NCBI RefSeq assembly: GCF_000014265.1
Contig: NC_008312.1
Location: 6,720,001 to 6,752,000 of the forward strand
Reading direction: 5' to 3'
From: Trichodesmium erythraeum IMS101
GTDB lineage: Bacteria; Cyanobacteriota; Cyanobacteriia; Cyanobacteriales; Microcoleaceae
DNA length: 32,000 nt
Shown: in pieces, positions 19,030 to 29,102 of the stretch
Layout: each line of letters opens with the position of its first letter
Position numbering within the stretch: the first letter of the stretch is position 1
Notes under the pieces: generated by a model
What the model saw: the letters and a program-made list of their open reading frames with translations, nothing else
Databases searched by the model: none
Told to the model about the DNA's origin: nothing
Made by a program: the position numbers and the translations under genes

Positions 19030-19482
19030 ATGAAACAAGAAAAAATTGAACTAATAAGTGCATACATTGATGATGAGGTGACACCATCACAACGCAGAGA
19101 AGTAGAAGCTTTATTAGAGACAGATCCAGTTGCTAAACATCTTTATGAAAGACTACTACAACTACATTCTGAATTTCAAAGAATACCAATAGATATAACA
19201 CTAGAACCTGTCGACAAAACCATCGAACAAGTATTTAATAAAATTGACCGTAGATCGAAACGCAATTTTGTGTTAGTTGGTAGTGCAGTTGTTGGTCTAT
19301 GCATAGCAGTTATATCAGGATTTATTTCTACTACTCGCTCTCCTGTAACTAAGTTGGCGGAAGTATCTGATTCTGAAACTTTACAAATTGCCTTAAATGA
19401 ACCCGTTATAGAAACACTTAACCCAGATAATGTTATTTTAACTGTAAATGAACCATTGCTACAAATTCCCCAAGCATATTAA
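19030..19482 (+). CDS. membrane-anchored anti-sigma factor (non-zinc variant)
   Basis: 150-aa ORF. The N-terminus LISAYIDDEVTPSQRREVEALLETDP resembles anti-sigma N-terminal domains. It has a single TM helix (FVLVGSAVVGLCIAVISGFI) and lies downstream of the ECF sigma gene. Confidence 0.65.
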   Translation: MKQEKIELISAYIDDEVTPSQRREVEALLETDPVAKHLYERLLQLHSEFQRIPIDITLEPVDKTIEQVFNKIDRRSKRNFVLVGSAVVGLCIAVISGFISTTRSPVTKLAEVSDSETLQIALNEPVIETLNPDNVILTVNEPLLQIPQAY

Positions 19483-19764
19483 ACCTAAAAAAAATTAATA
19501 GTAGTTTCCGCTCCTTATGAAGTAGACTGAGAAACAATAGACATTTCGACCTCCGAAAATAGTCAAAAACTTCTTAATAGAACTTTCTTGTAGGAAGTGA
19601 TAACTAAACCGAAAATAATAGTTGATTTGCAAAATATAATCATTCTTAAAAATATAGATATTTAGTATAACAATTACCCCTAAAATACCATCTATTTTTT
19701 ACTCATTTTTATATTTTATTGACTAATTTATTATTACAAAATAAATATACCTATCCGGAAACAA

Positions 19765-19870
19765 ACTAAAAAAAAGTTAAAAAATAACTTGTTTCAATAT
19801 TTATTCTAGCTGTTCATACTAAAAAAAAGTTAAAAAATAACTTGTTTCAATATTTATTCTAGCTGTTCAT
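19765..19870. repeat. perfect tandem duplication, 2 x 53 bp
   Basis: The unit actaaaaaaaagttaaaaaataacttgtttcaatatttattctagctgttcat occurs at 19765 and 19818. Each copy contains the hairpin AAGTTA-aaaaa-TAACTT. Confidence 0.9.
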
Positions 19871-20259
19871 ACTTGATAACTAGTAAAGGTTGCGTTTCTT
19901 CGGTAATTATTTTGAATATATTCAACTATACTACTCATAATCTAGTGGAAAATTTATATTTTTTACGATTTGATCACGGTCTATTTGTTTTTCGCAGATG
20001 TCTAACAATATTTTCTGGGAGCTAAAAGTCCTAAGTTTATCTCTACACTCTCCTGAAAGTTATCCTATTGAATTATGATGCTCCTAACTGAAATCTTTTT
20101 TGGGGCATAGTTTTTCTCCCACTTAATACAAAAAATGCTTGATATAATCATCAGGCATTGCAGTGGAGTTAATAATCCTCAACATTTAAAAACTGGTTAA
20201 CTAAGTGGTATTAGCATACCTTATAACAACAGGAATTAAGGTATAATTTTACTATAGCT

Positions 20260-20658
20260 TTAAGGTTTCCAAAGCCCACCAGGTAATATTTGAGACCCAA
20301 GTAACTCTACCCTTTCTTGTGACATTAAATAACTCCAAGCTTTACCTAGATATTTTCCATCAGAGCTAAAGGTATTAATAATTTGTCTTTGATATTCGTT
20401 TTTCTCTGGAGAACGTTTCGGATGATAATCTTCTAACTTATCAAGTTCTGATAAAACCAAAGGATTTTTAAATAATAAGACAAATCCATGCACATTACTA
20501 TCTCCTTTAGTCATTGCCGGATAACCAATAGGTAGTTTATACAGCACACCCTTTGCCACCGCTGGAAAAAAGTGCACAACATATTCAGCACAGTAAAACT
20601 GATAATTAACCTCCCCTGGTTTGAGAGTGCCATAGACAAACACTTTAATATACTTCAC
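20260..20658 (-). CDS. gamma-glutamylcyclotransferase / AIG2-like family protein
   Basis: 132-aa ORF with a GTG start. The N-terminal VFVYGTLKPGEVNY matches the YGTLK.G..N signature, and an LEDYH motif follows later. Confidence 0.7.
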   Translation of the reverse strand: MKYIKVFVYGTLKPGEVNYQFYCAEYVVHFFPAVAKGVLYKLPIGYPAMTKGDSNVHGFVLLFKNPLVLSELDKLEDYHPKRSPEKNEYQRQIINTFSSDGKYLGKAWSYLMSQERVELLGSQILPGGLWKP

Positions 20659-20960
20659 TTTAACATCCTTCTGGGGAACCAGTTCCTAAACTTCAAGCTA
20701 AATTGAAGATACCCTTAAAAGATTTTCTACATAAATTGTCTACTGAAATAATTTGATAATTCCTTGGCTTATAGCAGTGAGCTATGGCATATTGACAGTC
20801 CAAATCCTATAAAGTAAGTCTTCATAACAAAAATTGTCAATACACAGCGAGAACTTTACTATATATAGCGTGCCATAGTATAGCAGTAATGTAAAACTTA
20901 AATTAAACTTGTGGTAAAGTCAAAAAAACCTATTTATAATAATACTTTATATCTGATTGA

Positions 20961-21560
20961 ATGATGTCAGTAAATGTTATGGCTTTATTGCTTCCTAAGT
21001 TTCACATAAGTGCTTTTTTACCACAATTGCCCCTTGATAGTCTATTTTCTACTCAGGGAATAATGGTCATGCTATTAGCTGCTTATGCTGTAGCTATGTG
21101 GATGTTTCTGACTAGCGCTCCAAAAGTTCATACAATAATGGTTTCCGACTTAGCTATCGCCCAACAATTATATGAAGGGATGCTAGAGTTACCAGTAGCA
21201 GAAGTACCTTTACATTACTACTATAATTATGAACAAACATTAGGAGCAACTGGTATGGATCCACTTTACCTATCAAATGATTATACCAGACTGAGTACTA
21301 CTAACCAAGGAACAGCAGTTTCAGATGGTTTGTGGTATCAATTAATGAAAAACACTCAACTACATATTATCAGTGGAGCGAGTCTCGGTGCTAAAAATCA
21401 CCAACGTCATGTTTGTTTTGATAAAGACTGTTTAGAACAAATATTAATGCGTGTACAAATAAGAGGTATTAAGTACAAAATTAGGTCTGAAAAGCCCCTG
21501 AATTTATTAGTTAAAGACTGGAATAGTCGAGTAATAGAAATAGCAGAAGTTAAGAACTAA
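20961..21560 (+). CDS. VOC (glyoxalase/bleomycin-resistance-like) family protein with an N-terminal hydrophobic segment
   Basis: 199-aa ORF. VHTIMVSDLAIAQQLYEGMLELPV and HVCF resemble VOC beta-alpha-beta-beta-beta modules. The assignment is weak and the start is uncertain. Confidence 0.45.
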   Translation: MMSVNVMALLLPKFHISAFLPQLPLDSLFSTQGIMVMLLAAYAVAMWMFLTSAPKVHTIMVSDLAIAQQLYEGMLELPVAEVPLHYYYNYEQTLGATGMDPLYLSNDYTRLSTTNQGTAVSDGLWYQLMKNTQLHIISGASLGAKNHQRHVCFDKDCLEQILMRVQIRGIKYKIRSEKPLNLLVKDWNSRVIEIAEVKN

Positions 21561-21639
21561 AGATCGATTAAGTAGTTTTAGAAAAAATATAGCAGTCCGC
21601 CTATTGGTCGTGGCAAGATTTCATACTGAAAAAATTTGG

Positions 21640-22480
21640 TAAAGTCTAATATTCAAACAGATCCCCAAAGACTTCAAATAACTGCAAAAATATTCAAATT
21701 ATCTGATGAAATTTTTGCCTGGTTACCAAACATCTTCAACGGATTTTTGCTCCGGGGCATTTGGAGTAAATTATGTACAATTTATCCATCATTCTGCTTC
21801 GGGTTTTTCTGTATTAATGATAATTAAATATTCTTGCAATTCTCTCCAACTATGATCAGTATCTTCATCCCCAAGTATTGCCCATCTTTTTCCCAGCCTT
21901 TACTTCTGTAAATATGTAATAAATTTCATGGTCTTTTCGGTATTTCCAATTCTTTTCAATAGGAATAAATTATTAGCTTTGATAGTCTAAGGTAGAAGAA
22001 TAAGTAAGCATTGATTTTTCATTTTTTATCAGAATTTTTCTTCTTTGATATATTTTTCCTAAATATAACCTCAAAGGTGTCCTCATAGCAGATTACATTC
22101 CTCAATCATAAATACTGCTTGCTGTCTGAGTTCTATTTCTGGTTGCTATTTAGTCAATTTATCCCCTCTAACTTTTTTTGCTTTCACTAATTCATTGTTT
22201 TTGGTAGAATTATTTTTAGTTTTTTTCCAAGTCCTAACTGCCCTTTTCAGGTTCGTTATCATAACTTTGATTAGACTCAAAAACTACATTATGTTATTTG
22301 GTAGAAATAGTTTTGCCAGCCTGAAGAGTCATTGAACAAATTTTAGTACTCCAATTGCTTCTTTAAATTGGATTTGGATCCATGCTCTTAAAAACAATAC
22401 AGCAGCAAAAAAGGCAGGATGAGCGATCGCACCCTAAACTTGGAACGACTTAACTCATCATCCCACACGTTACCCTCTGC
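21640..22480 (-). mobile_element. heavily degraded IS630-family transposase remnant
   Basis: Minus-strand fragments are FMIEECNLL*GHL*GYI*EK (compare IDE.HLLWGD.CGYVWGK around the first catalytic Asp) and WRELQEYLIIINTEKPEAEWWINCT*FTPNAPEQKSVEDVW*PGKNFIR*FEYF (compare FAPNAPEQNPVEDIWLQ.K.F.R). There are many stops and frameshifts. I identified no intact terminal inverted repeats. Confidence 0.55.
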
Positions 22481-23090
22481 ACCACCGTTATTTCTTTGGC
22501 CTCTTTTCACTGAAATATAAAATCATCTAGTTCATCTATAATATTCATTTTTTATCTAGTGAAGTAGAGATATTATTTTTACCATGATATCTTTTATGAC
22601 CTATTTAGAATTGCTATTTACTCTAATAAACTCAGAAACCTATTGGCCAAACTTTATCATTTGATTAAGCTTTGCTGATTAAATCTTAGAGTATTCAATG
22701 ATATGGCCTCAAACCCTTTTGTGATTGAAAAAAGTGCCTGAGCACATATCTAAAGCCCTCACATAAGTTAGTATTTTGATGAGAATAGTTACAGAAAAGT
22801 CAACAGACCAATATACCTAACTATTTCCTCCTTATGGACATTGCATAAACTATCCTTACCAACTGCTTTACTCCCTCTCCATAGTTAGAAGAGTGAGTCC
22901 TGAAAAAACTTAAAAAAACCCTTATAAAAATAAAATCATCAGCATTCAAAAATTATCAGCATTTAGTCATTAGTGGTCAGCTATCAGCTAACCAATGAAT
23001 TAAGTAAGCATTGGTTTCATTTCTACTATATTACTTTTAATTCTTTGAAACCTCTAAAGGTAATGAAGCTGATAGCTGAGAGCTGAATAG

Positions 23091-23648
23091 TTACATAAAA
23101 TCATTTTTATGATCATAAATCAAAGAGTGAGTAGTCAAATTCAAAGATACTCCTAATATTTGAGAAACCCATACTTCAAAAGAACGAACTTTATAGTTAG
23201 AAAATTCTAAACCATTACTAGATATAGGTTCAACAAGAATAGTAAACATTCCTAAACGATTTCCTGCTAAAACATCAGTAAACAAGCGATCGCCTACCAT
23301 AGCAACTTTTTCTACTGGTAAATTCATCGCATCAACAGCCTTTTTTAACTTACGACGAGAAGGTTTCCCAGCAGCAGTAATATAAGGTATATTGAGTAAA
23401 TCACCAATTCGACCTATTCTATCTTGACTAAGATTATTACTGACTAACCATAAACTTGCTACACTTTTAATTTTTTCTACCCACACAGCTAATTCAGGAG
23501 AAGCTTGACTATGGTGAATTGGCACAATAGTCTCATCTACATCTAACACCAAACCTTGAATTTGATATTTTTGGAGAATTTCTAATGTTAGACTTAAGAC
23601 TGAGTTACCCAGAACTAAATCTGGTTGTAAAAGTTTACCCCAACACAT
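23091..23648 (-). CDS. yqeG: YqeG-family HAD-IIIA phosphatase
   Basis: 185-aa ORF with HAD motifs LVLDVDETIVP, LVSNN and MVGDRLFTDVLAGNRLGM.TILVEP. Confidence 0.8.
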   Translation of the reverse strand: MCWGKLLQPDLVLGNSVLSLTLEILQKYQIQGLVLDVDETIVPIHHSQASPELAVWVEKIKSVASLWLVSNNLSQDRIGRIGDLLNIPYITAAGKPSRRKLKKAVDAMNLPVEKVAMVGDRLFTDVLAGNRLGMFTILVEPISSNGLEFSNYKVRSFEVWVSQILGVSLNLTTHSLIYDHKNDFM

Positions 23649-23829
23649 AATATTAATATTTATAACAATAATTTTCAGCTGCTCAATTATAAAGTAAAAA
23701 ATTAGCAGAGTATAAATAGAAAAAAATATTTATTAACAAGTCGCTAATTTTCACTTTTTTAAGCATCAAAAAAATCTACAAAATTACTATTTACTAAAGT
23801 AATCCCAAGCATAATAAAATGGATCACAA

Positions 23830-24918
23830 TTACTGAGATGATAACAATCTCTCTACCTCTGCAATAGCAGCCTCATGTTCTCTAGCAGTACGACTAAAAA
23901 TATGGGTACCATCATAGCGAGCCATAAAATACAAATATTCTGTATCTTCTGGATTAAGAGTTGCTTCCAAACTGGCCTTACCTGGACTAGAAATAGGAGT
24001 TGGTGGTAACCCAGTATTCATATAAGTATTATAAGGTGAAGGAGTTTCAATCTGACTATAAGTAAGAGGCTTATCTTTCGTTTGACGAATACCAAGACCA
24101 TATTCTACTGTTGGGTCTGCTGCTAACCTCATACCCTGTTCCAAACGGTTATTAAACACCCCCGAAATTAAACCACGTTCTTGTGCAACTACAGCTTCCT
24201 TTTCTACAATACTTGCTAAACTTACCCATTCATGAAGACTCAATTTTGTTGTATTGTTCTGGTTTTTCTGATAAACTGGCAAAGCTACTTGTTCAAACTG
24301 TCCTATCATTTGATTGATAATAGCTTCTGGAGTAATATTATCCGCTACTATTTTATAAGTATCTGGGAATAAATAACCCTCTAGATGAGGTATATTAGTT
24401 GGTAACCATGGAAACTTATCATAGGGAATATTTTTTGTTGCTGCAATAAAATCAGCAGCTGGAAAAAAACCTTCATCATCCAAATATGCAGCCATTTGTT
24501 GAATTGACCATCCTTCACGAATGACATAGCTGAGTTTAACTACATCTCCCTGTAGAATTTTATCTGCGATCGCGCTTAGTGGTTCTGTAGGCAATAAATT
24601 ATAAGTTCCAGCTTTAAACTCAAGATTGGGATTTTGTAGACTCAACCATTTTACCCATAAATTCCAAGCTGTTGCAGAGCGAATAATACCAGCATCTTCT
24701 AAATACTCACCTATTTGTTGACCATAAGTTCCCACAGGAATTTTAATTCTTATAGCATTAGCTTGTGAAGACTGAGTAGAGGATGTTGGTGAAACTACAG
24801 GTCTACTTACCCAACTCCACCAACTCCAACCCTGCCAAGCAAAAACACCACAGCTTACAGGTAGAATGGCCAAGTAAAATAAGGCACGATTGGAAATAAG
24901 TTTAATACTTTTTTTCAT
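23830..24918 (-). CDS. mltG: endolytic murein transglycosylase MltG (YceG-like)
   Basis: 362-aa ORF. It has an N-terminal TM helix and the motifs LASIVEKEA, ADPTVEYG, SPYNTY...GLPPTPI..PG and YLYF......G.H.FS.T..EH. Confidence 0.9.
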   Translation of the reverse strand: MKKSIKLISNRALFYLAILPVSCGVFAWQGWSWWSWVSRPVVSPTSSTQSSQANAIRIKIPVGTYGQQIGEYLEDAGIIRSATAWNLWVKWLSLQNPNLEFKAGTYNLLPTEPLSAIADKILQGDVVKLSYVIREGWSIQQMAAYLDDEGFFPAADFIAATKNIPYDKFPWLPTNIPHLEGYLFPDTYKIVADNITPEAIINQMIGQFEQVALPVYQKNQNNTTKLSLHEWVSLASIVEKEAVVAQERGLISGVFNNRLEQGMRLAADPTVEYGLGIRQTKDKPLTYSQIETPSPYNTYMNTGLPPTPISSPGKASLEATLNPEDTEYLYFMARYDGTHIFSRTAREHEAAIAEVERLLSSQ

Positions 24919-25055
24919 TTGATTGGTTAATATGGGGCAACAAAATTGCTCTAAGCTTAAGTTTGTCGTAAAAATTATGATTCGACTATTCTAGAGTATT
25001 ACTAAGTGCTAAATCTTTGACCAAAGGACTGAATTTACTAAAACCTACAAATGCT

Positions 25056-25637
25056 TTACTCCATATCATTAAACAATTGATTTTCTAGCATTGTTTGAAC
25101 CATTGGCTGAATTTGCTTAAACTCTTCTTCTGAAAGTAATTCCAGTTTTCCATTATCACTTTTACGAGCTGGAATCAAAAATGGATCTAATGGTGTGTAT
25201 ATAGCGTATTTCCGATCTTCATACAAAAAAGTTGCCAATTCTTCATAATATTCACTGGCCTCATCATTTTCATCTACTTCATCTAGTTCATCTTCACCCC
25301 ATTCTGGTAACTCCCCAGTAACAGTTAACGTTATTGCTGTTCTTTGCAAGACTAGGTTTTGTTCTTCAAGGACAACTTTAGCAGTATCAAAAATTTTATC
25401 AATTTCTAATTCATTATCTACAGGAATACTTGCTTGTTCTACATCTTCTGGCCCCCAAGTAAATATTTCAACAGGTAAGTCTAATGGTAGTAACATTACA
25501 TACTCTTCATCATCTGACTCTAGAGAATACTCTATAGTACAACATAGTATTCGTTCTGCCTCATCAGTTAAAGTGATATAGGTTTCTTGAGATTGTCCAT
25601 TTTCTTGTGATTCTGGGGATGAAAACATTTTAGGCAT
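25056..25637 (-). CDS. acidic DUF1292/DUF3727-family protein
   Basis: 193-aa highly acidic ORF (ITLTDEAERIL.C..E........EYVMLLP). Its position between ruvX and mltG mirrors the yrrK-yrzB-yrrL arrangement in Firmicutes. Confidence 0.6.
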   Translation of the reverse strand: MPKMFSSPESQENGQSQETYITLTDEAERILCCTIEYSLESDDEEYVMLLPLDLPVEIFTWGPEDVEQASIPVDNELEIDKIFDTAKVVLEEQNLVLQRTAITLTVTGELPEWGEDELDEVDENDEASEYYEELATFLYEDRKYAIYTPLDPFLIPARKSDNGKLELLSEEEFKQIQPMVQTMLENQLFNDME

Positions 25638-25654
25638 TTTAATTATTTGTTAAT

Positions 25655-25848
25655 GTGATATAACCCCATACTAACCTTGCGGTATAGTTTGGGTCTCTCG
25701 CTTCCCAGTTCCGCTGTTGCATCAGACAAGCGTGTATTTCAAGGAGGGGTCTCTGCCCTGTCTTTAATATTTCTGGCTGCGGAGCACGACATACCACAAT
25801 TTTACAATGTGGATAGTGGATAGGAATGGGTTATCTCTAATAATTTTT
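25655..25848 (-). ncRNA. candidate structured small RNA, possibly 6S-like
   Basis: A GC-richer block of about 190 nt sits in an ORF-free 900-bp gap. The ends pair (ATAACCC 25660-25666 / GGGTTAT 25838-25844). An imperfect long helix forms between gtctctcgcttcccag (25693-25708) and ctggctgcggagcacgac (25774-25791). On the minus strand the hairpin CCACA-uuguaaaau-UGUGG is followed by GCUCCGCAG, which resembles E. coli 6S CCACAAGAAUGUGG-C-GCUCCGCGG as I recall it. Strand and ends are uncertain. Confidence 0.35.
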
Positions 25849-26542
25849 TAGGGTATGTGTTCTGACAATATGAGCAATCTTGACTTGTGCTTTTTGGATT
25901 CACGCCTATAGCTTTCTGGCCAGCATTTAAGTCCTGGGGACGACCTAATGCTAAGGCTTTGATCATTAAAATAGTTAGGAATTAACTCCCACCTGCATTG
26001 TAGATTGATTTGCTTAATCTTATTTTTCCTAATCTTTTTATGTTTAAGTTTTCGTAGGTAATAAATTCGTGCTTTAATTATAACTTATTAGCAGAATAGA
26101 AAGTGGAAATATATTTTTTTTATTTACTATTTTTGTATGTTATTTTGCCAACTCCTATCATAGCCATAGCTGTGATTCACCTTTCACTTACTTTTTAATT
26201 ACAATATCTCCAAAAATGCCAATTTAGGAAAGGGGGAGCCAGGGGCAAGAAAACGTTTTTTTTGAGATATCTATTGTAATCCAGTGTATGATTTTAGCTT
26301 ACCTTTGTGTAATAGTATTTTTCACTATACTCAATAAGCACTAATAAGGTGTAATATAACCAAAGTATTTAACGAAAAATAAAATTATTAAAAAACCTCT
26401 TTAATTCTGCATTTTACACTTCCTAAGTTGAACATAATTCGTCAATTAAACAGCTACCCTAACCCTAACCAATTATATTTTTATTGCTACTTATCTATCA
26501 AAATTAGCCTTTACTCAATATGTCAATGAAATATTGCAATGA

Positions 26543-26992
26543 TTAGCTTGTCAACTGAGTATTTTTTTCTCTGCGTTCATCAAGCCATTGTTGTAAAATC
26601 AATGCTGCTGCCTTTCTATCAATTAAGGCCTTATTTTGAGAAGGAGAAATATTAGCAGCCTTGAGCATTTCCTCAGCTTGGACCGAAGTTAAACGTTCAT
26701 CAACGTATTCTAGAGGTAATCCGAGAGTTTGTGACAACCTTTGAGCATATCTTTGTACTTTTTTAGCTTGGAAACCTATAGAACCATTCATAGAATAGGG
26801 TAAACCAACTATAAGAACTTGTACCTGACGTTCCTGGACAATCTTTTGCAATTGAAATACATCTTTCTCAAATGAAGCCCGCTTGATAGTCATAATACCA
26901 GTAGCAATTAAACCAGTACCATCACATCCGGCAACCCCCATACGTTTTATACCTACATCCAAACCTAGGGCTGAAATACGCTTTTGAGACAT
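26543..26992 (-). CDS. ruvX: Holliday junction resolvase-like / pre-16S rRNA nuclease RuvX (YqgF)
   Basis: 149-aa ORF with the motifs LGLDVG.KR.GVA, VGLPYSMNGS.G.QA and VDERLTS. Confidence 0.9.
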   Translation of the reverse strand: MSQKRISALGLDVGIKRMGVAGCDGTGLIATGIMTIKRASFEKDVFQLQKIVQERQVQVLIVGLPYSMNGSIGFQAKKVQRYAQRLSQTLGLPLEYVDERLTSVQAEEMLKAANISPSQNKALIDRKAAALILQQWLDERREKNTQLTS

Positions 26993-27161
26993 TTGGTAAT
27001 TGTACTCCTTTTTATATTAATAATTGAATTTATAGTGTTATTTACATTGATTATATAAAAGTCTTATCCCCAGTATAAGTGCGTAAGTACCTTTAAGCAA
27101 AAATCTCTGTATTTTTGAATAATGAAAACTGCTATAGTTGTATGCTAAAAAATTGTAATTA

Positions 27162-28454
27162 TTAGATTTTTTTATCATCATTATTCTCTGCACTTTTTGA
27201 ATGATGAGGTATAAACTCCGATACCGAATTTAATTTTTCATTTTTCCCTTTCCAATCATGATTATTATCAGTATTAGTATTTTTCTGGGAGTTACTACGC
27301 ATCTCTTTTTTATTTCGCATCATTTTCAACCAAGAACTACGACTAGGAACTGGTTTGCGAACTGGTTGTAAACTTTGAAGAACTCCTGAAAACTGGAGTT
27401 CGGCAATAACTAATCTAGACTCCCGAATTTTATGCCAGACAGAACGAGACATTAACAAAGTATGTTCAATTTGTTTTGCTTTTATCTGTTCTAAATAAGC
27501 TTCACGTTCAGGTTGATAATCAGCACAAGCAAGTTGCAAAGATTGATTAGGAAAATCTTGAGCCAATGTTGCCATTTGTGATAATAATTCTGGATATAAC
27601 CAAGTATAAGCTGGATGTACAGTTAACTCAGCTATGTGTGGTTGTGTACCGTCACGGCATAATTTTACTTGGAAGTAACCTATTGCGGCCTTACGTTGAG
27701 ATTCAAACACATAACCACTTACCAACTCAGTATGATTAAGCCATTGCCTGATTCCTTCTATCAAACCACTAACAAAACTAGTTTGAAAATCTTGGATATG
27801 GCGGTCAAATACTTGGCGTACCAGGGGTGGCATTGATGCTGTGTCTAATTGATAGAGCAACTGAGCATCAGCATTACTAACAGGTAGTAAGTTGGGTAAA
27901 TTTGGCTGTGAAAGGGCTAAATCTTGTAGTTGTTGGGGAGTAATTGTCCAGTAAGTAATTTGAGCCAATGGCTGAAAACCATTTTGGCGATACAGTGCCA
28001 TTGTATCTTTATCATTAACATTAACTTGCAACAACCATGTCCGTGCTTCCCAAATTTTTTCAAAGCAGTATCGAAGTAATTGAGAACCTATTCCTCTTGT
28101 ATTTCCTGTTTCTTCGATAAATATCTTTTCTACCCGCCAACTGCTGCGAGTGCGATTACTTGGACAAACTTGAATTACCCCCTTGACTTGTCCATCTACT
28201 TCTGCAACATAAGAAGTTAACAAATATTTACAGGGATTAGGGAAAAAGCTCAACAGCTTTATAGGCCAGTACCAATGATGAATTTCTGGCAATTTTTGGC
28301 TAAGGTGAATGGGAGAGAGATTAAAAGTAACATCTTGGTGGCAATTCTGGGCTTCTGGAGTTTCCCGACATAGCTTTTTGATAGCTTCTAGGTCTCGGTA
28401 CTCTAGAGAACGGATAACCACCTGGCTTTGCTTTTGGCGGATAAAAGGTTTCAT
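27162..28454 (-). CDS. GNAT-family N-acetyltransferase with a long C-terminal extension
   Basis: 430-aa ORF. The GNAT core reads VAEVDGQVKGVIQV...VEKIFIEE..TRGIGSQLLRYC....W......LQVNVND...ALYRQNGFQP. The basic, low-complexity C-terminal tail has no recognisable domain. Confidence 0.75.
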   Translation of the reverse strand: MKPFIRQKQSQVVIRSLEYRDLEAIKKLCRETPEAQNCHQDVTFNLSPIHLSQKLPEIHHWYWPIKLLSFFPNPCKYLLTSYVAEVDGQVKGVIQVCPSNRTRSSWRVEKIFIEETGNTRGIGSQLLRYCFEKIWEARTWLLQVNVNDKDTMALYRQNGFQPLAQITYWTITPQQLQDLALSQPNLPNLLPVSNADAQLLYQLDTASMPPLVRQVFDRHIQDFQTSFVSGLIEGIRQWLNHTELVSGYVFESQRKAAIGYFQVKLCRDGTQPHIAELTVHPAYTWLYPELLSQMATLAQDFPNQSLQLACADYQPEREAYLEQIKAKQIEHTLLMSRSVWHKIRESRLVIAELQFSGVLQSLQPVRKPVPSRSSWLKMMRNKKEMRSNSQKNTNTDNNHDWKGKNEKLNSVSEFIPHHSKSAENNDDKKI

Positions 28455-29102
28455 AATTTTGTATTCTTAGTAATGGGGATGCTTACTTGACATTCTCCCG
28501 TGACTCAAGCTAAGGGGATATCACCGAGCCGAAGCTCTTTGGTTGATTGAGGTTTTGCAAACCTCATGAGCTGCGCTAACAAAGGATATTACTACCTTGG
28601 TGGTAGTCTGATGCTTCCTAGGTAAGGTCCACTTTTTGTCTCCGTTTAGCTTTTGAACTAATGAAAAGGGAAGCTAGGAGCTAAGGATGCATAGCCCTTG
28701 GAGCGACTAATATATTTATTGTTGTATTACCAACTAAAAAGTTGTCCTCAAACAAAAGGCTTGGCTATTGACTCAATTTTCCAATCAAATTAATTTGTCC
28801 CAAGGGTATAAACAAAAGTAATATTAAAATGATGATTGGGAAAGGGTTAAAACTTCTGGCGCTTCCCCAGGATTTTAACTTTTGGTAAGCTAAAGTTCTG
28901 GGGAAAAATCAAAATTATCCTAGTCACTCCACTCAAATCAAGATTGAGTATTGTAATTACTTTACTAATGATATTAACCAAAACAGTTAGAATAGATAGA
29001 TATCGACAATACCACTTCAGGGGAGCAAGATACTTTGACTGTTTCCTTGACCAAAATAATTACAATCAACTCCCATTAGAATCAACTTTCTGTCTTATTG
29101 TC

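Noticed and set aside
21636-21827. Plus-strand 63-aa ORF.
   Set aside because: It lies antisense to the recognisable C-terminal fragment of the IS630 transposase remnant.
22977-23085. 12-bp perfect inverted repeat cagctatcagct / agctgatagctg about 75 bp apart. Separately, aagtaagcattg direct repeats occur at about 22003 and 23003.
   Set aside because: They are short and could be chance or fragments of dispersed cyanobacterial repeats. They do not bracket the IS630 remnant in a way consistent with terminal inverted repeats.
28549-28565. Hairpin GAGGT-TTTGCAA-ACCTC resembling a tRNA-Ala(UGC) anticodon arm.
   Set aside because: The flanking sequence has no T-arm (no GTTCRANYC-type loop), no acceptor-stem pairing and no D-arm, so it is not a tRNA.
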